Positions 19,669 through 30,976 of a DNA stretch of 64,000 nt are shown here, piece after piece. A program made the translations under genes and the position numbers. Position 1 is the first letter of the stretch. The number at the start of each line of letters is the position of its first letter. Location: positions 47,685-111,684 of the forward strand of contig JARVGK010000005.1 of the NCBI GenBank assembly GCA_029762535.1. The letters are read 5' to 3'. Source of the DNA: Thermoplasmatota archaeon (GTDB lineage Archaea; Thermoplasmatota; Penumbrarchaeia; Penumbrarchaeales; Penumbrarchaeaceae). The notes beneath the pieces were generated by a model. The model saw nothing but the letters and a program-made list of their open reading frames with translations, was not told the origin of the DNA and searched no databases.

Positions 19669-21354
19669 ATGATCGAGATGATTTTATTCTTAGCGGTCAT
19701 TGTAATATGGTCAGTTGCGATCATATTGCTTGACAGGTTTAAATTCCTCGAAAGGTACAATATGTCGAGGATATGGGCCGTAGTGCTTATGTGGAGGACC
19801 GAGAAGGGTAAGGGCCTCATAGAGAAGATGGCATCCCCCAAACGTTTCTGGGACGCATTCGCGGTGATCGGTCTTTTCATCCTTTTTATCGGAATGCTCT
19901 CAATGTTCCTCCTTATATTCGCCTCAACCCTCACTGTGATACTAGCTGGTTTTACTAAAACCATTTCCGCAAAGGAGGTTCTGGTGCTTCCTGGGATTAA
20001 CCCTTACGTTCCTTTAATATACGGCCTTATAGGCCTAATATTCGCCGTTGTGGTTCATGAGTTTAGCCATGGGATCCAAGCCACTGCTAATAAGATAAAG
20101 GTAAGGTCATTGGGAATTCTTTTCTTTATAGTTCCCATAGGTGCGTTCATGGAGCCCGATGAGGATGAAGTAAAGGCCTCATCCAGAATTAAGAAGATCA
20201 AGATGTATGCATCTGGACCGATAATCAATTTCATTTTTGCCTTCGTCTTTATTATTCTTTTCTCTGGAGTGATGATGTCTTCATTGAGCTCTCCGGGCGA
20301 TCCTTTCACCATAACTGATATCTCTGACAATTCATCATTATTTTACTCTAATGAATATGCCCCTGTTGGTCTTTTTGATATTAACGGTACGGAATTATCA
20401 TCAGTGAACGACATTTACGAATACAAGGGTCCAGAACCAGGTTCTTGGATATCAGTCACGATGAAGACCAAAGATGGGTTCTACAGATTTCCAGCGATAT
20501 CAGGTGTTGTCATATACTCGATAACTGATGATTCTCCGGCGGACAAACAAGGGATAATTAAGGGATCGATAATCCTATCGATGAACGAAAGATCGATCTT
20601 AAGCCGAAAGGACGTATCCGACGTCTTGGACCCTACTCTGGCAGGGCAGAACCTGACCATTTCATTATTGGAACCACAGATCGATCATCAAGGAGAGCCC
20701 ATGATGGAATGGGACCCCCCTTCATGGCTGAACTACAGCATTGACAAAATTGGCGATGTGAACGTTCCATCATATATTCCGAGAACGATCAAGTTGACAT
20801 TGGCCGATAAGTACAGATTTATCCCTTTGGAGGATTTCAAGGGAAAAGGTTTCCTTGGAATAGGATCATCGTTTCTGGGGGTCACTGGAGTTGGGAGCAA
20901 GGAACTTCTTTCAGTTGTAAAATCTCCTTTATCCTCATCCAACGGACCTTTTGGGGCGGTGGGAAATCTAATGTACATCACTTTCTCGCTACCCCTGAGC
21001 AGGACAATAGTTCCATTTCATTCACCGCTAATAGATGTATATGAGGTCAGTGGGCCTCTATCTATATTACCCGATCCAGTATTCTGGTTTATTACCAACT
21101 GTTTCTTTTATCTTTTCTGGCTCAACATACTCCTGGCTTTGTTCAACTCCCTTCCAGCTTACCCTCTCGACGGCGGTTTCATCTTTAAAGATTCCCTTAT
21201 ACTCATCATCAAGAACTTCAACAATCGAATAAAGGATGAGAAGCTTGAAAAGATAGCTGGTTCAATAACGATGACACTCACGATCATGGTTTTTACATTG
21301 ATATTGATAACATTCATGTACCCATGGATCAAAATGGTCCTTATGGGTCTTTGA
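19669..21354 (+). CDS. site-2 protease (M50 family intramembrane zinc metalloprotease) with an embedded PDZ domain
   Basis: HExxH in a TM helix (VVHEFSHGIQA); PDZ-like segment (VVIYSITDDSPADKQGIIKGSIILSMNERSI); C-terminal NSLPAYPLDGG (LDG motif). Confidence 0.8.
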   Translation: MIEMILFLAVIVIWSVAIILLDRFKFLERYNMSRIWAVVLMWRTEKGKGLIEKMASPKRFWDAFAVIGLFILFIGMLSMFLLIFASTLTVILAGFTKTISAKEVLVLPGINPYVPLIYGLIGLIFAVVVHEFSHGIQATANKIKVRSLGILFFIVPIGAFMEPDEDEVKASSRIKKIKMYASGPIINFIFAFVFIILFSGVMMSSLSSPGDPFTITDISDNSSLFYSNEYAPVGLFDINGTELSSVNDIYEYKGPEPGSWISVTMKTKDGFYRFPAISGVVIYSITDDSPADKQGIIKGSIILSMNERSILSRKDVSDVLDPTLAGQNLTISLLEPQIDHQGEPMMEWDPPSWLNYSIDKIGDVNVPSYIPRTIKLTLADKYRFIPLEDFKGKGFLGIGSSFLGVTGVGSKELLSVVKSPLSSSNGPFGAVGNLMYITFSLPLSRTIVPFHSPLIDVYEVSGPLSILPDPVFWFITNCFFYLFWLNILLALFNSLPAYPLDGGFIFKDSLILIIKNFNNRIKDEKLEKIAGSITMTLTIMVFTLILITFMYPWIKMVLMGL

Positions 21355-21934
21355 TCATGATAGAGGGTCGCATCTTGATACTCTCCCTCAATGAAAGATC
21401 ACAGCCGCAATATCGTTGTCTGTAAAGACCGTATCTCCGTGATTCGTTCAGTGACTTGCTCCAATATCTTCGGAGGTCAGTGTAATGAAAATCTATGTCG
21501 ATGTTTTCTTCAATGATCTTTCCTATGTGCTTTATTCGGTCATGTTTTTGGTATTTCGATAGCAATAATGTGGTACAGAAACCATCGGCCCCGATCCCTT
21601 TAGCTTTTAATGCGGATTCCCTCAGACGGATCCAGTAGCAGATATCGCATCTGGATGATATCTCCCCTTCATAATCAAGAGGTATTTCGTCTTTTAACAG
21701 AAAACTGCCAACTATAGATCGAAATTGGGAATTGTCCATGCCACATCCTATGATAACGGGGGCCTCAAGGTCTTTTAAGAATCCCTCGAGTGTTCGAAAT
21801 CGTTTATTAAATTCCTTTTCTGGATAGATATTCGGGTTGAACCAAAACGTTGTATAATCTATGCCCTCTTCATCAAAATATAGTCTCGAACCCGAAAGGC
21901 AAGGGCCGCAGCATGTATGCAGGAGGATATTCAT
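21341..21934 (-). CDS. queH: DUF208 / QueH-like epoxyqueuosine reductase family protein
   Basis: Conserved Cys pattern LLHTCCGPCLSGS ... CGCDLS characteristic of the QueH/DUF208 family; 197 aa. Confidence 0.5.
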   Translation of the reverse strand: MNILLHTCCGPCLSGSRLYFDEEGIDYTTFWFNPNIYPEKEFNKRFRTLEGFLKDLEAPVIIGCGMDNSQFRSIVGSFLLKDEIPLDYEGEISSRCDICYWIRLRESALKAKGIGADGFCTTLLLSKYQKHDRIKHIGKIIEENIDIDFHYTDLRRYWSKSLNESRRYGLYRQRYCGCDLSLRESIKMRPSIMIKDP

Positions 21935-23913
21935 TTTCCGTCCTCATTTGATAGAGTTTCTAGTATCCTTTCTTTCAGTCTTCTCTCTATTAAGGACCCA
22001 CTGATCCTCCCCCTCATACGCTTCATTATGATTCCCATGATGGGTGATATACTTTTTTTTCCCATCTTTAAGATAAGATCATTTTTTTCAGATATCAAAC
22101 CATCGATCATGCGATCTAGTTCGTTGATATCCTCATCCTTTATGCTGAATTTCTCTATTATCATATCGACAATAAGACGATTATCATATTTTCCTAACAT
22201 ATTGTGTATTTGGTATATCATGCTCCCGACTGCCTCTCTTGCAAGCAACCCTTCATCCAGGCCCTTCACCAAGGGTTCCAAAATAATCCGATCTATTAGG
22301 TCCAACCTGATCCCATCCTCAATTATTGGGCCGAAACCATTGATCAACAGCATCGATAAAAATCTAGGTTCGAGACCGTTATTAAACTGTTCTTCGAACA
22401 GGTCAATTAGTCCAAGCCCCTCCATCTGTTCGATGGAGCTTCTGGATATTCCGCTATCTGTGGTCAATCTCGAAATTCTAGCCTTAGGGTCCTCGGGAAG
22501 TTTTTCGATAAGTCGTGCTATTCTTGTCTGTGCTATCTTAATTGGTGGAATATCCGTTTCAGGATACATCCTTGCCGATCCAGGCAATGGCCTCATGAAT
22601 TCGGTAGATCCGTCAAAAATTACCTTCCTGACCTCAGGCACAACTCCCCTGAAAGCCATCCGAGCTCTTTCGATGATAATACGAATGGCCTTTCCACCGT
22701 CATTCACGTTCGCACAGACCATAACAAAAGCATCCCTCTCAGGGTCAGAATCCAGGCGATCTACCACCTGTTCTATTTCATCATCGCTAATGCCATAACC
22801 TGGGAGCTCATCGGAGTGAATTAGACCTCTGATCCCGGTTTCGTTCCTGACACGTATAGCGAATTCCCTACCAAGGCCTGGGATCTTCGTTTGTTGATTC
22901 TGAGCGGCACTTCCAGTACTATCAGAATTGTGGTTCTCCACATGGATAGGAGAGAGAAGGTATTTGAATCCCTTAAGATTGATCCCAACAACATTATGGG
23001 ACTTTGATATCTCTGATGATATCATTCTGCATGAAGTTTTTTTGAATATATCGGTAATATCGATGTGTGGTCCCCGTATATCTGATTCCCGGACTTTAAG
23101 TTCCATTAAACGATTCGCTGCCCACTGGCTTAAACTCTGTCTTAACGATTCGTATCGGATCACCTTTGGTATCAATGATAGATCCTGTATCAGTTTGACC
23201 TCTACTCTTCGTCCACCATTTATCGAGATATTGACATCCTGCCTTATACTTCCTATTCCTCTTTTTACGGTCTGAGTGCTCCTCAGTATCTCACCGATCC
23301 TCTTAGCTGCTTCATAAGCATCATCAGGCGATCCAATGAAAGGTGCTGTAGATATTTCTATTTCAGGCGTACCTAACCTGTCAAGTCTATAGGTGACCGT
23401 GTTGTCATCTTCTGTGATCTTTCTGGCGGAGTCCTCTTCAAGACAGATGGAATCTATGAGAATTCGAGTTTTACACCCTATATCGATCATTCCATGATGG
23501 CCTATCATAGCTGTTCTTTGGAATCCGGTCGTGTTCGAGCCATCAATGACCATCTTTCTCATGAATTGTACATTATCTACTATATCGCACCCGAAGAGAA
23601 GGCATATTCTGAGTGCATTGTCGACCATATATTGAGTAGGTCCTAAAGGAGGTTCTTCATCTATATCAACAGGACAAACATTTGGAGTTAATTCGTATAT
23701 GAACTTTCTTCTCCGATGGGATTGTGCGAGCACTGCCTGATCGATCTTACCCATTTCTGACCTTTTTGGATGAAGTATCCTCTCTATTCTACCTTCGATC
23801 AGATTTGTTATACCCGTATCACAGGAGCAAAAAAGTTTCGGTCCAATGAGCTGCCTGTGGACTTCCAATCCAATAGTAATATCATTATTAATCGGACCTA
23901 ACTTCAAGATCAT
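21931..23913 (-). CDS. gatE: Glu-tRNA(Gln) amidotransferase subunit E (archaeal GatE)
   Basis: GatB/E N-terminal motif GLEVHRQL; about 650 aa, immediately downstream of gatD on the same strand; the track start is TTG, with an ATG 8 codons in. Confidence 0.85.
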   Translation of the reverse strand: MILKLGPINNDITIGLEVHRQLIGPKLFCSCDTGITNLIEGRIERILHPKRSEMGKIDQAVLAQSHRRRKFIYELTPNVCPVDIDEEPPLGPTQYMVDNALRICLLFGCDIVDNVQFMRKMVIDGSNTTGFQRTAMIGHHGMIDIGCKTRILIDSICLEEDSARKITEDDNTVTYRLDRLGTPEIEISTAPFIGSPDDAYEAAKRIGEILRSTQTVKRGIGSIRQDVNISINGGRRVEVKLIQDLSLIPKVIRYESLRQSLSQWAANRLMELKVRESDIRGPHIDITDIFKKTSCRMISSEISKSHNVVGINLKGFKYLLSPIHVENHNSDSTGSAAQNQQTKIPGLGREFAIRVRNETGIRGLIHSDELPGYGISDDEIEQVVDRLDSDPERDAFVMVCANVNDGGKAIRIIIERARMAFRGVVPEVRKVIFDGSTEFMRPLPGSARMYPETDIPPIKIAQTRIARLIEKLPEDPKARISRLTTDSGISRSSIEQMEGLGLIDLFEEQFNNGLEPRFLSMLLINGFGPIIEDGIRLDLIDRIILEPLVKGLDEGLLAREAVGSMIYQIHNMLGKYDNRLIVDMIIEKFSIKDEDINELDRMIDGLISEKNDLILKMGKKSISPIMGIIMKRMRGRISGSLIERRLKERILETLSNEDGK

Positions 23914-23933
23914 AGTATTCGGGTCGAAATGGC

Positions 23934-25322
23934 TCAAATCATCTCACCCGTTCCATATTTTGAGAGTTCCGGCCCATTATTAAGATCTATCTCCGTTCGA
24001 TAAGATATTTCGCCCGCGATATTCGTGAGAAATTCCTTTCTAAAGACCATCATGTCATCTTTGGTCCTGATATTTCCAAGCTGGTGCATCACATACATAG
24101 CTTTGATCATTGCGGTTTCAGGATGCATATCATAGGCAGGTATGATCCCTGATTCCAGGAGTTTCCTTCCCGTGGAATAGACGTTAAGATTAACAATTCC
24201 GTTCAAACAAGAGGATGTCATTATTATGGGTATGCATCCTTCGACAATCTGGGATAATTTCGGTATCAGATCTGACCTGACGTGTCCCAGTCCAGTGCCT
24301 TCCAGAACTATGCATTTATAATTCTCTATCAGGAGATCGAACATGGAAGCGTTCAGTTGGGGATGGTATTTCAACAGGAATACACAAGGGTCAAAACCTC
24401 CTATGACCCTAAGTTCACCATCATCATGATTTTTTTGGGAAGGACTTGTTATTGACACCTTATCGTTCACGACCTTTCCGATCGGTCTTTGATTTATGGA
24501 TGCGAAGGCGAAACGGGCAGAGGTATGCATCTTGCGAACATTGGTACCTTTATGTATCAGACTCTCCCCATCAGATGTTCTTCCATGCATGACAACACAA
24601 ACTTCCTTGATTAGACCAGACCTGGCTACAAGTATGGAATCAATTAGGTTTTGATGAGCATCGGTCGATGGGCGATCCGAAGACCTCTGAGAACCAGTAA
24701 GTACGACTGGTCCTGGAAGACCACGAAGAAGGAATGATAGGGCACAGGCAGTATATGATAGAGTATCCGTCCCATGAGTGATAACGCATCCGCGGGCGCC
24801 GGAACGAAAACAATCCAATACATCTTTTGCGAGTTTCATCCAATCATCTGGGACCATGTCCTCTGAGAGTTTGGACATGGATATGATCGGTTGAACCTCC
24901 TCGGTGATATCGATGCTTTCCATCCATTTCATAACATCATCCGGTTCCTGGGGGGGGTATACTGCCCCCGTTTCGTAGTCCAACCTAGAAGCGATCGTAC
25001 CTCCTGTGGAAATTAAAAATATGGGCTTTCTACTATTACGGGAGCGTTTTTTTTCATATGGTCCAACCTTATCATTCGCTCTTGTGAGGAGTTTGATATC
25101 AGATATTCTATTCAAAGAAAACCCCGCGTTATAACCGCTATCCAGTTTGATGAACATTACATTGTCTTGTTCATCCATTCCAAATTCTATGAATTGGCCG
25201 CTTATGTGTATGGGGTTAGATCCAGAATAATTAGGATGTCTCGGGATCAAACTCACTTGTATTCTATCACCTTTGGATAAAGATGATTCAGTAAGATCGG
25301 AGGTTTTTTTATGTCGGACCAT
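23934..25322 (-). CDS. gatD: Glu-tRNA(Gln) amidotransferase subunit D (archaeal GatD, asparaginase-like)
   Basis: L-asparaginase fold motif FLISTGGTIASR, in a gatD-gatE operon arrangement. Confidence 0.85.
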   Translation of the reverse strand: MVRHKKTSDLTESSLSKGDRIQVSLIPRHPNYSGSNPIHISGQFIEFGMDEQDNVMFIKLDSGYNAGFSLNRISDIKLLTRANDKVGPYEKKRSRNSRKPIFLISTGGTIASRLDYETGAVYPPQEPDDVMKWMESIDITEEVQPIISMSKLSEDMVPDDWMKLAKDVLDCFRSGARGCVITHGTDTLSYTACALSFLLRGLPGPVVLTGSQRSSDRPSTDAHQNLIDSILVARSGLIKEVCVVMHGRTSDGESLIHKGTNVRKMHTSARFAFASINQRPIGKVVNDKVSITSPSQKNHDDGELRVIGGFDPCVFLLKYHPQLNASMFDLLIENYKCIVLEGTGLGHVRSDLIPKLSQIVEGCIPIIMTSSCLNGIVNLNVYSTGRKLLESGIIPAYDMHPETAMIKAMYVMHQLGNIRTKDDMMVFRKEFLTNIAGEISYRTEIDLNNGPELSKYGTGEMI

Positions 25323-25814
25323 GAGAAGACCATTGACGAGATATTAGATAAAGATAATCTATATGGTATGATGGATGGTATGAAAGATAATAATAATGCG
25401 TGGAACATTAGGGGTTATATGAAGACCATTCTAGTCCCAAGTTCGGGCGCATATGCGGCAAGGGCAAATGCGAAAAATATAATGAAACTGGCTAAAAAGT
25501 TCGAAGCCAGAATTGTCGTGGTCCATATTAGGGATCAAGGTGAGTCAAGAGAGGGTGATCTAGCTCTTGAGATCTTCGATAAGATCGCTCGGGAAGAAAA
25601 AGTGGAACATACCCTGGTGCCGGCCGTAGGTGAGATATCCTCAACGATAATAGGTCAAGCAAAATACCATGGAGCAGATATCATCGTAATGGGGGCAACA
25701 GAGGGAAGAGGGGTAGCGGGTTGGATATTAGATAGAATACTCATGAACACCGATGTACCAGTCCTGATATTGCCCTGGTTGAACAGGGAGGAAAAAGATG
25801 CTACTGTTTGTTGA
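25311..25814 (+). CDS. universal stress protein (UspA family)
   Basis: ILVPSSG ... IVVVHI ... ADIIVMGATEGRG pattern typical of Usp alpha/beta ATP-binding fold. Confidence 0.75.
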   Translation: MSDHEKTIDEILDKDNLYGMMDGMKDNNNAWNIRGYMKTILVPSSGAYAARANAKNIMKLAKKFEARIVVVHIRDQGESREGDLALEIFDKIAREEKVEHTLVPAVGEISSTIIGQAKYHGADIIVMGATEGRGVAGWILDRILMNTDVPVLILPWLNREEKDATVC

Positions 25815-26736
25815 TGACAGATCAATGGATGGCCCACTATTTAGTTTTAATGAACAAATCCATTTTGCTATGATGGATGAACTATTATCCCTGTTGTATG
25901 GGTCGTATGGCAAACTGACCACGATCCATATACAGGTGAATTCATACCGTGTTCACGAAGTTGGCACGGATTCAAAGTTTGACATAAATTATGATATAGA
26001 TGATATTAGGGCTATGACATCTCTCATGGATTCAGACCCGATGGATATATGCGTGTTCGCAAGAAAGATGATCGTTTTCGAGGATAAGATCCCGGATATT
26101 ACTGAATACCATCACAAGGATCGGACCGGGATAACGGCTCTTGTTAAGGAAGGTATATCCAGAGATGGAATGAGACCAGTATTCATCGACTCTCGTAATA
26201 GACTAGATTATAGTGATAATGCTGCGATAATTCGATCCAGAGTTGTCGATTTGGGTTATTATATAATCGATAAGAGCTTCATGAAGGAATTTTTTAGAAG
26301 AACCGAAGGGCTAATCGGATTAAACAAGGATGATATGATATCAATATCCGGATGCGAAGCTGTCAAGGGTTATCGTGTCAGATCAAGGATTGGTTTCATA
26401 GATGATCTGGAATCAATCCTTGAGACACAGAGAATGATGTTGGATTGGATGATGCAGGATTTAGAAAAGGCCAGATTCGGTAATATTGATCAGAACAATA
26501 TCATCGTCAATATGCCATCCTTCATCCATAACACTGCAGTGATAGGGGAGAACTGTAGATTAGGCCCTTATACGACGATAATGAGAGAAGTTAAAGTTGG
26601 AAAGAACGTATTCATCATAAACTCGATAATCTGCGAGAAATGTATCATAGGAGACGATGTATACATAGAAGGTGCCATAATCGGACCGGGATCATCCATT
26701 GAGAATGGTTCCGAGATCGAATGGTGTGTTCATTGA
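25798..26736 (+). CDS. nucleotidyltransferase-like protein with a C-terminal left-handed beta-helix (hexapeptide repeats); the N-terminal G-rich NTP loop is not recognisable
   Basis: Hexapeptide repeats NTAVIGENCRLGPYTTI...VKVGKNVFIINSIICEKCIIGDDVYIEGAIIGPGSSI; no GxGTRL motif found. Confidence 0.45.
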   Translation: MLLFVDDRSMDGPLFSFNEQIHFAMMDELLSLLYGSYGKLTTIHIQVNSYRVHEVGTDSKFDINYDIDDIRAMTSLMDSDPMDICVFARKMIVFEDKIPDITEYHHKDRTGITALVKEGISRDGMRPVFIDSRNRLDYSDNAAIIRSRVVDLGYYIIDKSFMKEFFRRTEGLIGLNKDDMISISGCEAVKGYRVRSRIGFIDDLESILETQRMMLDWMMQDLEKARFGNIDQNNIIVNMPSFIHNTAVIGENCRLGPYTTIMREVKVGKNVFIINSIICEKCIIGDDVYIEGAIIGPGSSIENGSEIEWCVH

Positions 26737-26739
26737 TCC

Positions 26740-26916
26740 TCAAACCGGCCATTTCCATTTCAGAAGTTCGAGGGCGATGACGGAAATGATACCGGCAGCC
26801 ACAACGTATCTGGGATCGATCTTTAGAGAGGTCTCCTCTTCTGCGTCAAAATATCTTATAAGACCCGCTGCAGAGTGAAAACCTTCACCTTTTTTATTCT
26901 TCTTGGCTGGGGCCAT
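26740..26916 (-). CDS. secG: preprotein translocase subunit Sec61-beta (SecG); 58 aa, below the ORF-track cutoff
   Basis: Reverse strand translates to MAPAKKNKKGEGFHSAAGLIRYFDAEEETSLKIDPRYVVAAGIISVIALELLKWKWPV; the AGLIRYFDE motif plus a C-terminal TM helix match archaeal Sec61-beta. Confidence 0.7.
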   Translation of the reverse strand: MAPAKKNKKGEGFHSAAGLIRYFDAEEETSLKIDPRYVVAAGIISVIALELLKWKWPV

Positions 26917-27227
26917 GAGGGCTGCATCTTCTAATCATTATAAATAATTTATTACGCTTCATGAAAGGTAGTTGATCGGAATAGGCCCTCCTAGAAAATA
27001 TTAATATTAAGTGTACGCATTATTATCGAGATTATAGTTATTATTTATGACATATATCTAACTTTGATAATGCTAATCTTGACATTCCAAATAGTTTTGA
27101 AACATACGAATAGGCTATTATCATAACCTTTTGTGATATCTTTTAGAGAACGATCTATTCGAGTTGATAGTTTTTACAGGCGCCCCCGCTTCACTTTCCA
27201 GAAATCCCGCTTGGATCAGATCCGTGT

Positions 27228-29495
27228 TTATGATTTTGAACGAGATATCAGGTAGCATAATTGTCCGGTGTTCATGTCCAGGGCAGCTTCAAATCTGCCA
27301 TCTCTACTTGAGATTATCACTGAATAGGGAGTTTTCATGAAAGAGCCATGATTCATTGTTCCAAAGCCAGGATAGGAATTGTCGGAAACGAATGTAATTG
27401 CCCAGTTGGTCATGTCCATAAAGTTGTTTTCCTCAGGTTGTGGGACGCCGTAAATGGACCTACTGAATGATGGGTTCAATTCTCCTATAAGATCTTTGAA
27501 TAGTGATTCTGAAGCGGAGATGGTCAATATAGATCTAATATCATCAAGCCTTACTGATACAGGTTCTATCCTGGATTTGAATCCTGTGCTTACCGGATTA
27601 TCCTTTATTACGGTCTGGTTCCAGGCCCATTGATTATTCGGTTCGGATATCGAGAACTTCCAAACTTTGGCACCGGTCATCTCGCTATAGTTCGAATATA
27701 CTGAATATGGTTCTTTGAGACCTGAGACGAAGTTCAGAAATGTCTGTTTGGATGAGAATTCTTCAACTGCGATTTCGGCATCGAAATCAGAGGGTATGGA
27801 AGATATAAGCGTACCGTATACAGGAACATATGTCCAATTATCGTGAAAATGAGTTATATATTCTTGTTTGGTCTGTAATATATTTATGATCTTGAGATGT
27901 TGATCGTCAATATTCCCATATATCACTGGATTTGTTCCCTTTTCTATGTCAACTAGTACTTGGTCAAGATTGAAGATATAGGGATTCTTGATATCGTCTT
28001 TGGTTTTAATATGATAAATGGTCCTAAGGGATACGGGAGATCCATCGGAGAGATACACGTTCATGGAGAAAGCATCAAGATCGTTCGAATCAAGTGTGCT
28101 TTTATCCATCCATAAAGATACATTAATACATGGTCTACCATGGAATCGCAGAACCTCTTCAGCTTTCCAGTTTATTAGTGAGGAACCCCAGAGTAGGTTC
28201 CCCATCTCTCCTTCAGATAGATATCTGTCATTGGTGATATCGTCTAATTTCAGATCGTAACTTCCCTGAGAAAGACCTGGATAGATAACAAAATTCTCCC
28301 TCAAAGAATATTTCTTAGATGATCCTGGTTGAAGTTGAACGTCAATAAAGATGTGATTATCCAAACGAATTCTAGAAGCCGAACGATAGTATAGATCGAT
28401 ATCTGTTTTATCAGTTGTTTCCATTATACCTGTGAAAGGGATTTTGCTTCGGTCATATTTTTCAATAGTTCCTGATAATGAAAGATATTGTTCAGTATTC
28501 CTTATAATTGTAGAATATGTTTGTGCGAATCCATCTTTAAAAGTTCCATCAGAAAAAGATAAGGTTGAGAGTGTGGGTTTCGACTCTTCGCTCCAGAATT
28601 CCATCTCAAGGTTTTTAAAAGAAGATGCTTCTGGCATGTCAATTATGGACCTAACGTTCGATATGCGCATATCTCCTATGATATGATATTTTGATCGATC
28701 TTCGATAGATTCCCTGTCGATCCTGAGTGAAAGCGGTTCCACCTTAATATCTTCAGTATGGGTCTTCGATAGTTCTTCTATTTTCACCTCGTGAATAATA
28801 GTATATGTGCCGGAGCTTGTGAAAAATATTTCTAGATAGGGTTCATCAACATCTCCTTTAATGATGATGAGATCCTTAGGAGATATTGTCCATGTATGTG
28901 ATGTTCGAACGTCCTTCATTACCGATGATAGTTCTACAATGGAACCTGAGATAGGATGTAGATCTGAGATCTTGAAGAAAGCATCGAGATCTTCGTTCTT
29001 GTCATTATTTTTCATGATTAAGAAATAATAACCAGACGCCAATAATAATAACACACATGATATCGAGAAGATGATGATCATCACACCCTTTGCTTTTTTT
29101 CCGTGGTATTTAATGATCTTTTTATCTCCTGAGCGCCCATTAGAAGTTGTTTTATCATTTGAAGCCATATCCTTATCCAAAAGGGGGGGATTATCGGTCG
29201 ATATTTGGCCATCGGTGGAAGAATTTGTTATAACATCTTTTTCTAAGATATAATTAGGGGTTGTTACATTCTCAATTTTTGTATTATTATCGAAATGAGA
29301 GGTTTCCAAAGACCTTGATAGTGTCCTGATCTTTTCTTTGTTGTATTCTTCCATATCCTCAAAAAGTAATCGTTCCAGTTTAGATGTATCGAAACCCTCA
29401 TCCTTCCACTTTTCGATCTTCTTTATCTCTTTCATTATTATATCATCTTTTGTCATATTTTCTTCATGTGGATCGTTTTCGACCGTTGGGCCCAT
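27228..29495 (-). CDS. large type-II membrane protein of unknown function (cytoplasmic K/E/D-rich N-terminus, one TM helix, about 590-aa extracytoplasmic region)
   Basis: TM helix VMIIIFSISCVLLLLASGYYFLI; no recognisable catalytic motif; flanked by AT-rich DNA. Confidence 0.55.
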   Translation of the reverse strand: MGPTVENDPHEENMTKDDIIMKEIKKIEKWKDEGFDTSKLERLLFEDMEEYNKEKIRTLSRSLETSHFDNNTKIENVTTPNYILEKDVITNSSTDGQISTDNPPLLDKDMASNDKTTSNGRSGDKKIIKYHGKKAKGVMIIIFSISCVLLLLASGYYFLIMKNNDKNEDLDAFFKISDLHPISGSIVELSSVMKDVRTSHTWTISPKDLIIIKGDVDEPYLEIFFTSSGTYTIIHEVKIEELSKTHTEDIKVEPLSLRIDRESIEDRSKYHIIGDMRISNVRSIIDMPEASSFKNLEMEFWSEESKPTLSTLSFSDGTFKDGFAQTYSTIIRNTEQYLSLSGTIEKYDRSKIPFTGIMETTDKTDIDLYYRSASRIRLDNHIFIDVQLQPGSSKKYSLRENFVIYPGLSQGSYDLKLDDITNDRYLSEGEMGNLLWGSSLINWKAEEVLRFHGRPCINVSLWMDKSTLDSNDLDAFSMNVYLSDGSPVSLRTIYHIKTKDDIKNPYIFNLDQVLVDIEKGTNPVIYGNIDDQHLKIINILQTKQEYITHFHDNWTYVPVYGTLISSIPSDFDAEIAVEEFSSKQTFLNFVSGLKEPYSVYSNYSEMTGAKVWKFSISEPNNQWAWNQTVIKDNPVSTGFKSRIEPVSVRLDDIRSILTISASESLFKDLIGELNPSFSRSIYGVPQPEENNFMDMTNWAITFVSDNSYPGFGTMNHGSFMKTPYSVIISSRDGRFEAALDMNTGQLCYLISRSKS

Positions 29496-29635
29496 ATAAC
29501 TTGTATGGATAGTGAATAGAAATAATTAGTGTTAATATAAAATAATTAATAATAAGAATAATATCTAAAAATATTGCTATTGTAAGATAATATACTTATT
29601 ATAATAAATTATTATGTCTTCGGGATCATAATGTC

Positions 29636-29700
29636 AAAAAAACACTCGGAGATAGAAGCTCACACCATCAGATGATAAGAAAAGTTGTGTTTTTTAGATT
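29636..29700 (-). terminator. hairpin plus T-run downstream of the recombinase gene
   Basis: Inverted repeat aaaaaacac ... gtgtttttt (9 bp) followed on the minus strand by a T-run, 3' of the recombinase stop at 29817. Confidence 0.3.
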
Positions 29701-29816
29701 ATGTAAACATATGGCCATATATGGGGTCGGTATTATCATCGAATGTGGCTATCGGTCTCCCGAAGGCCACTAATATTTCCAGAATATATTGAAATATCGA
29801 TTGAAAAAACCTTATC

Positions 29817-30846
<1,030 letters not shown>

Positions 30847-30976
30847 GATCAATCATATGTTATAATATTATATTAATATTGTTATAATATTTTTATAATC
30901 GCACATAATATAGACATATTCTTATAATATGTAGATAGTGAAAATATATTAAGTTTTATAAAAATATAAAAATAGG

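Noticed and set aside
21917-22798. 293-aa ORF antisense to gatE
   Set aside because: Fully embedded on the opposite strand of a well-supported GatE gene; low-complexity S/I/L-rich translation with no motif; typical antisense artefact
29751-29768. possible second att site for the tRNA-Cys element (atcggtctcccgaaggcc versus tRNA ctcccgtaaagcc)
   Set aside because: Only about 11/13 similarity with an indel, so it could be chance. It is kept as a note within the finding, not as a feature
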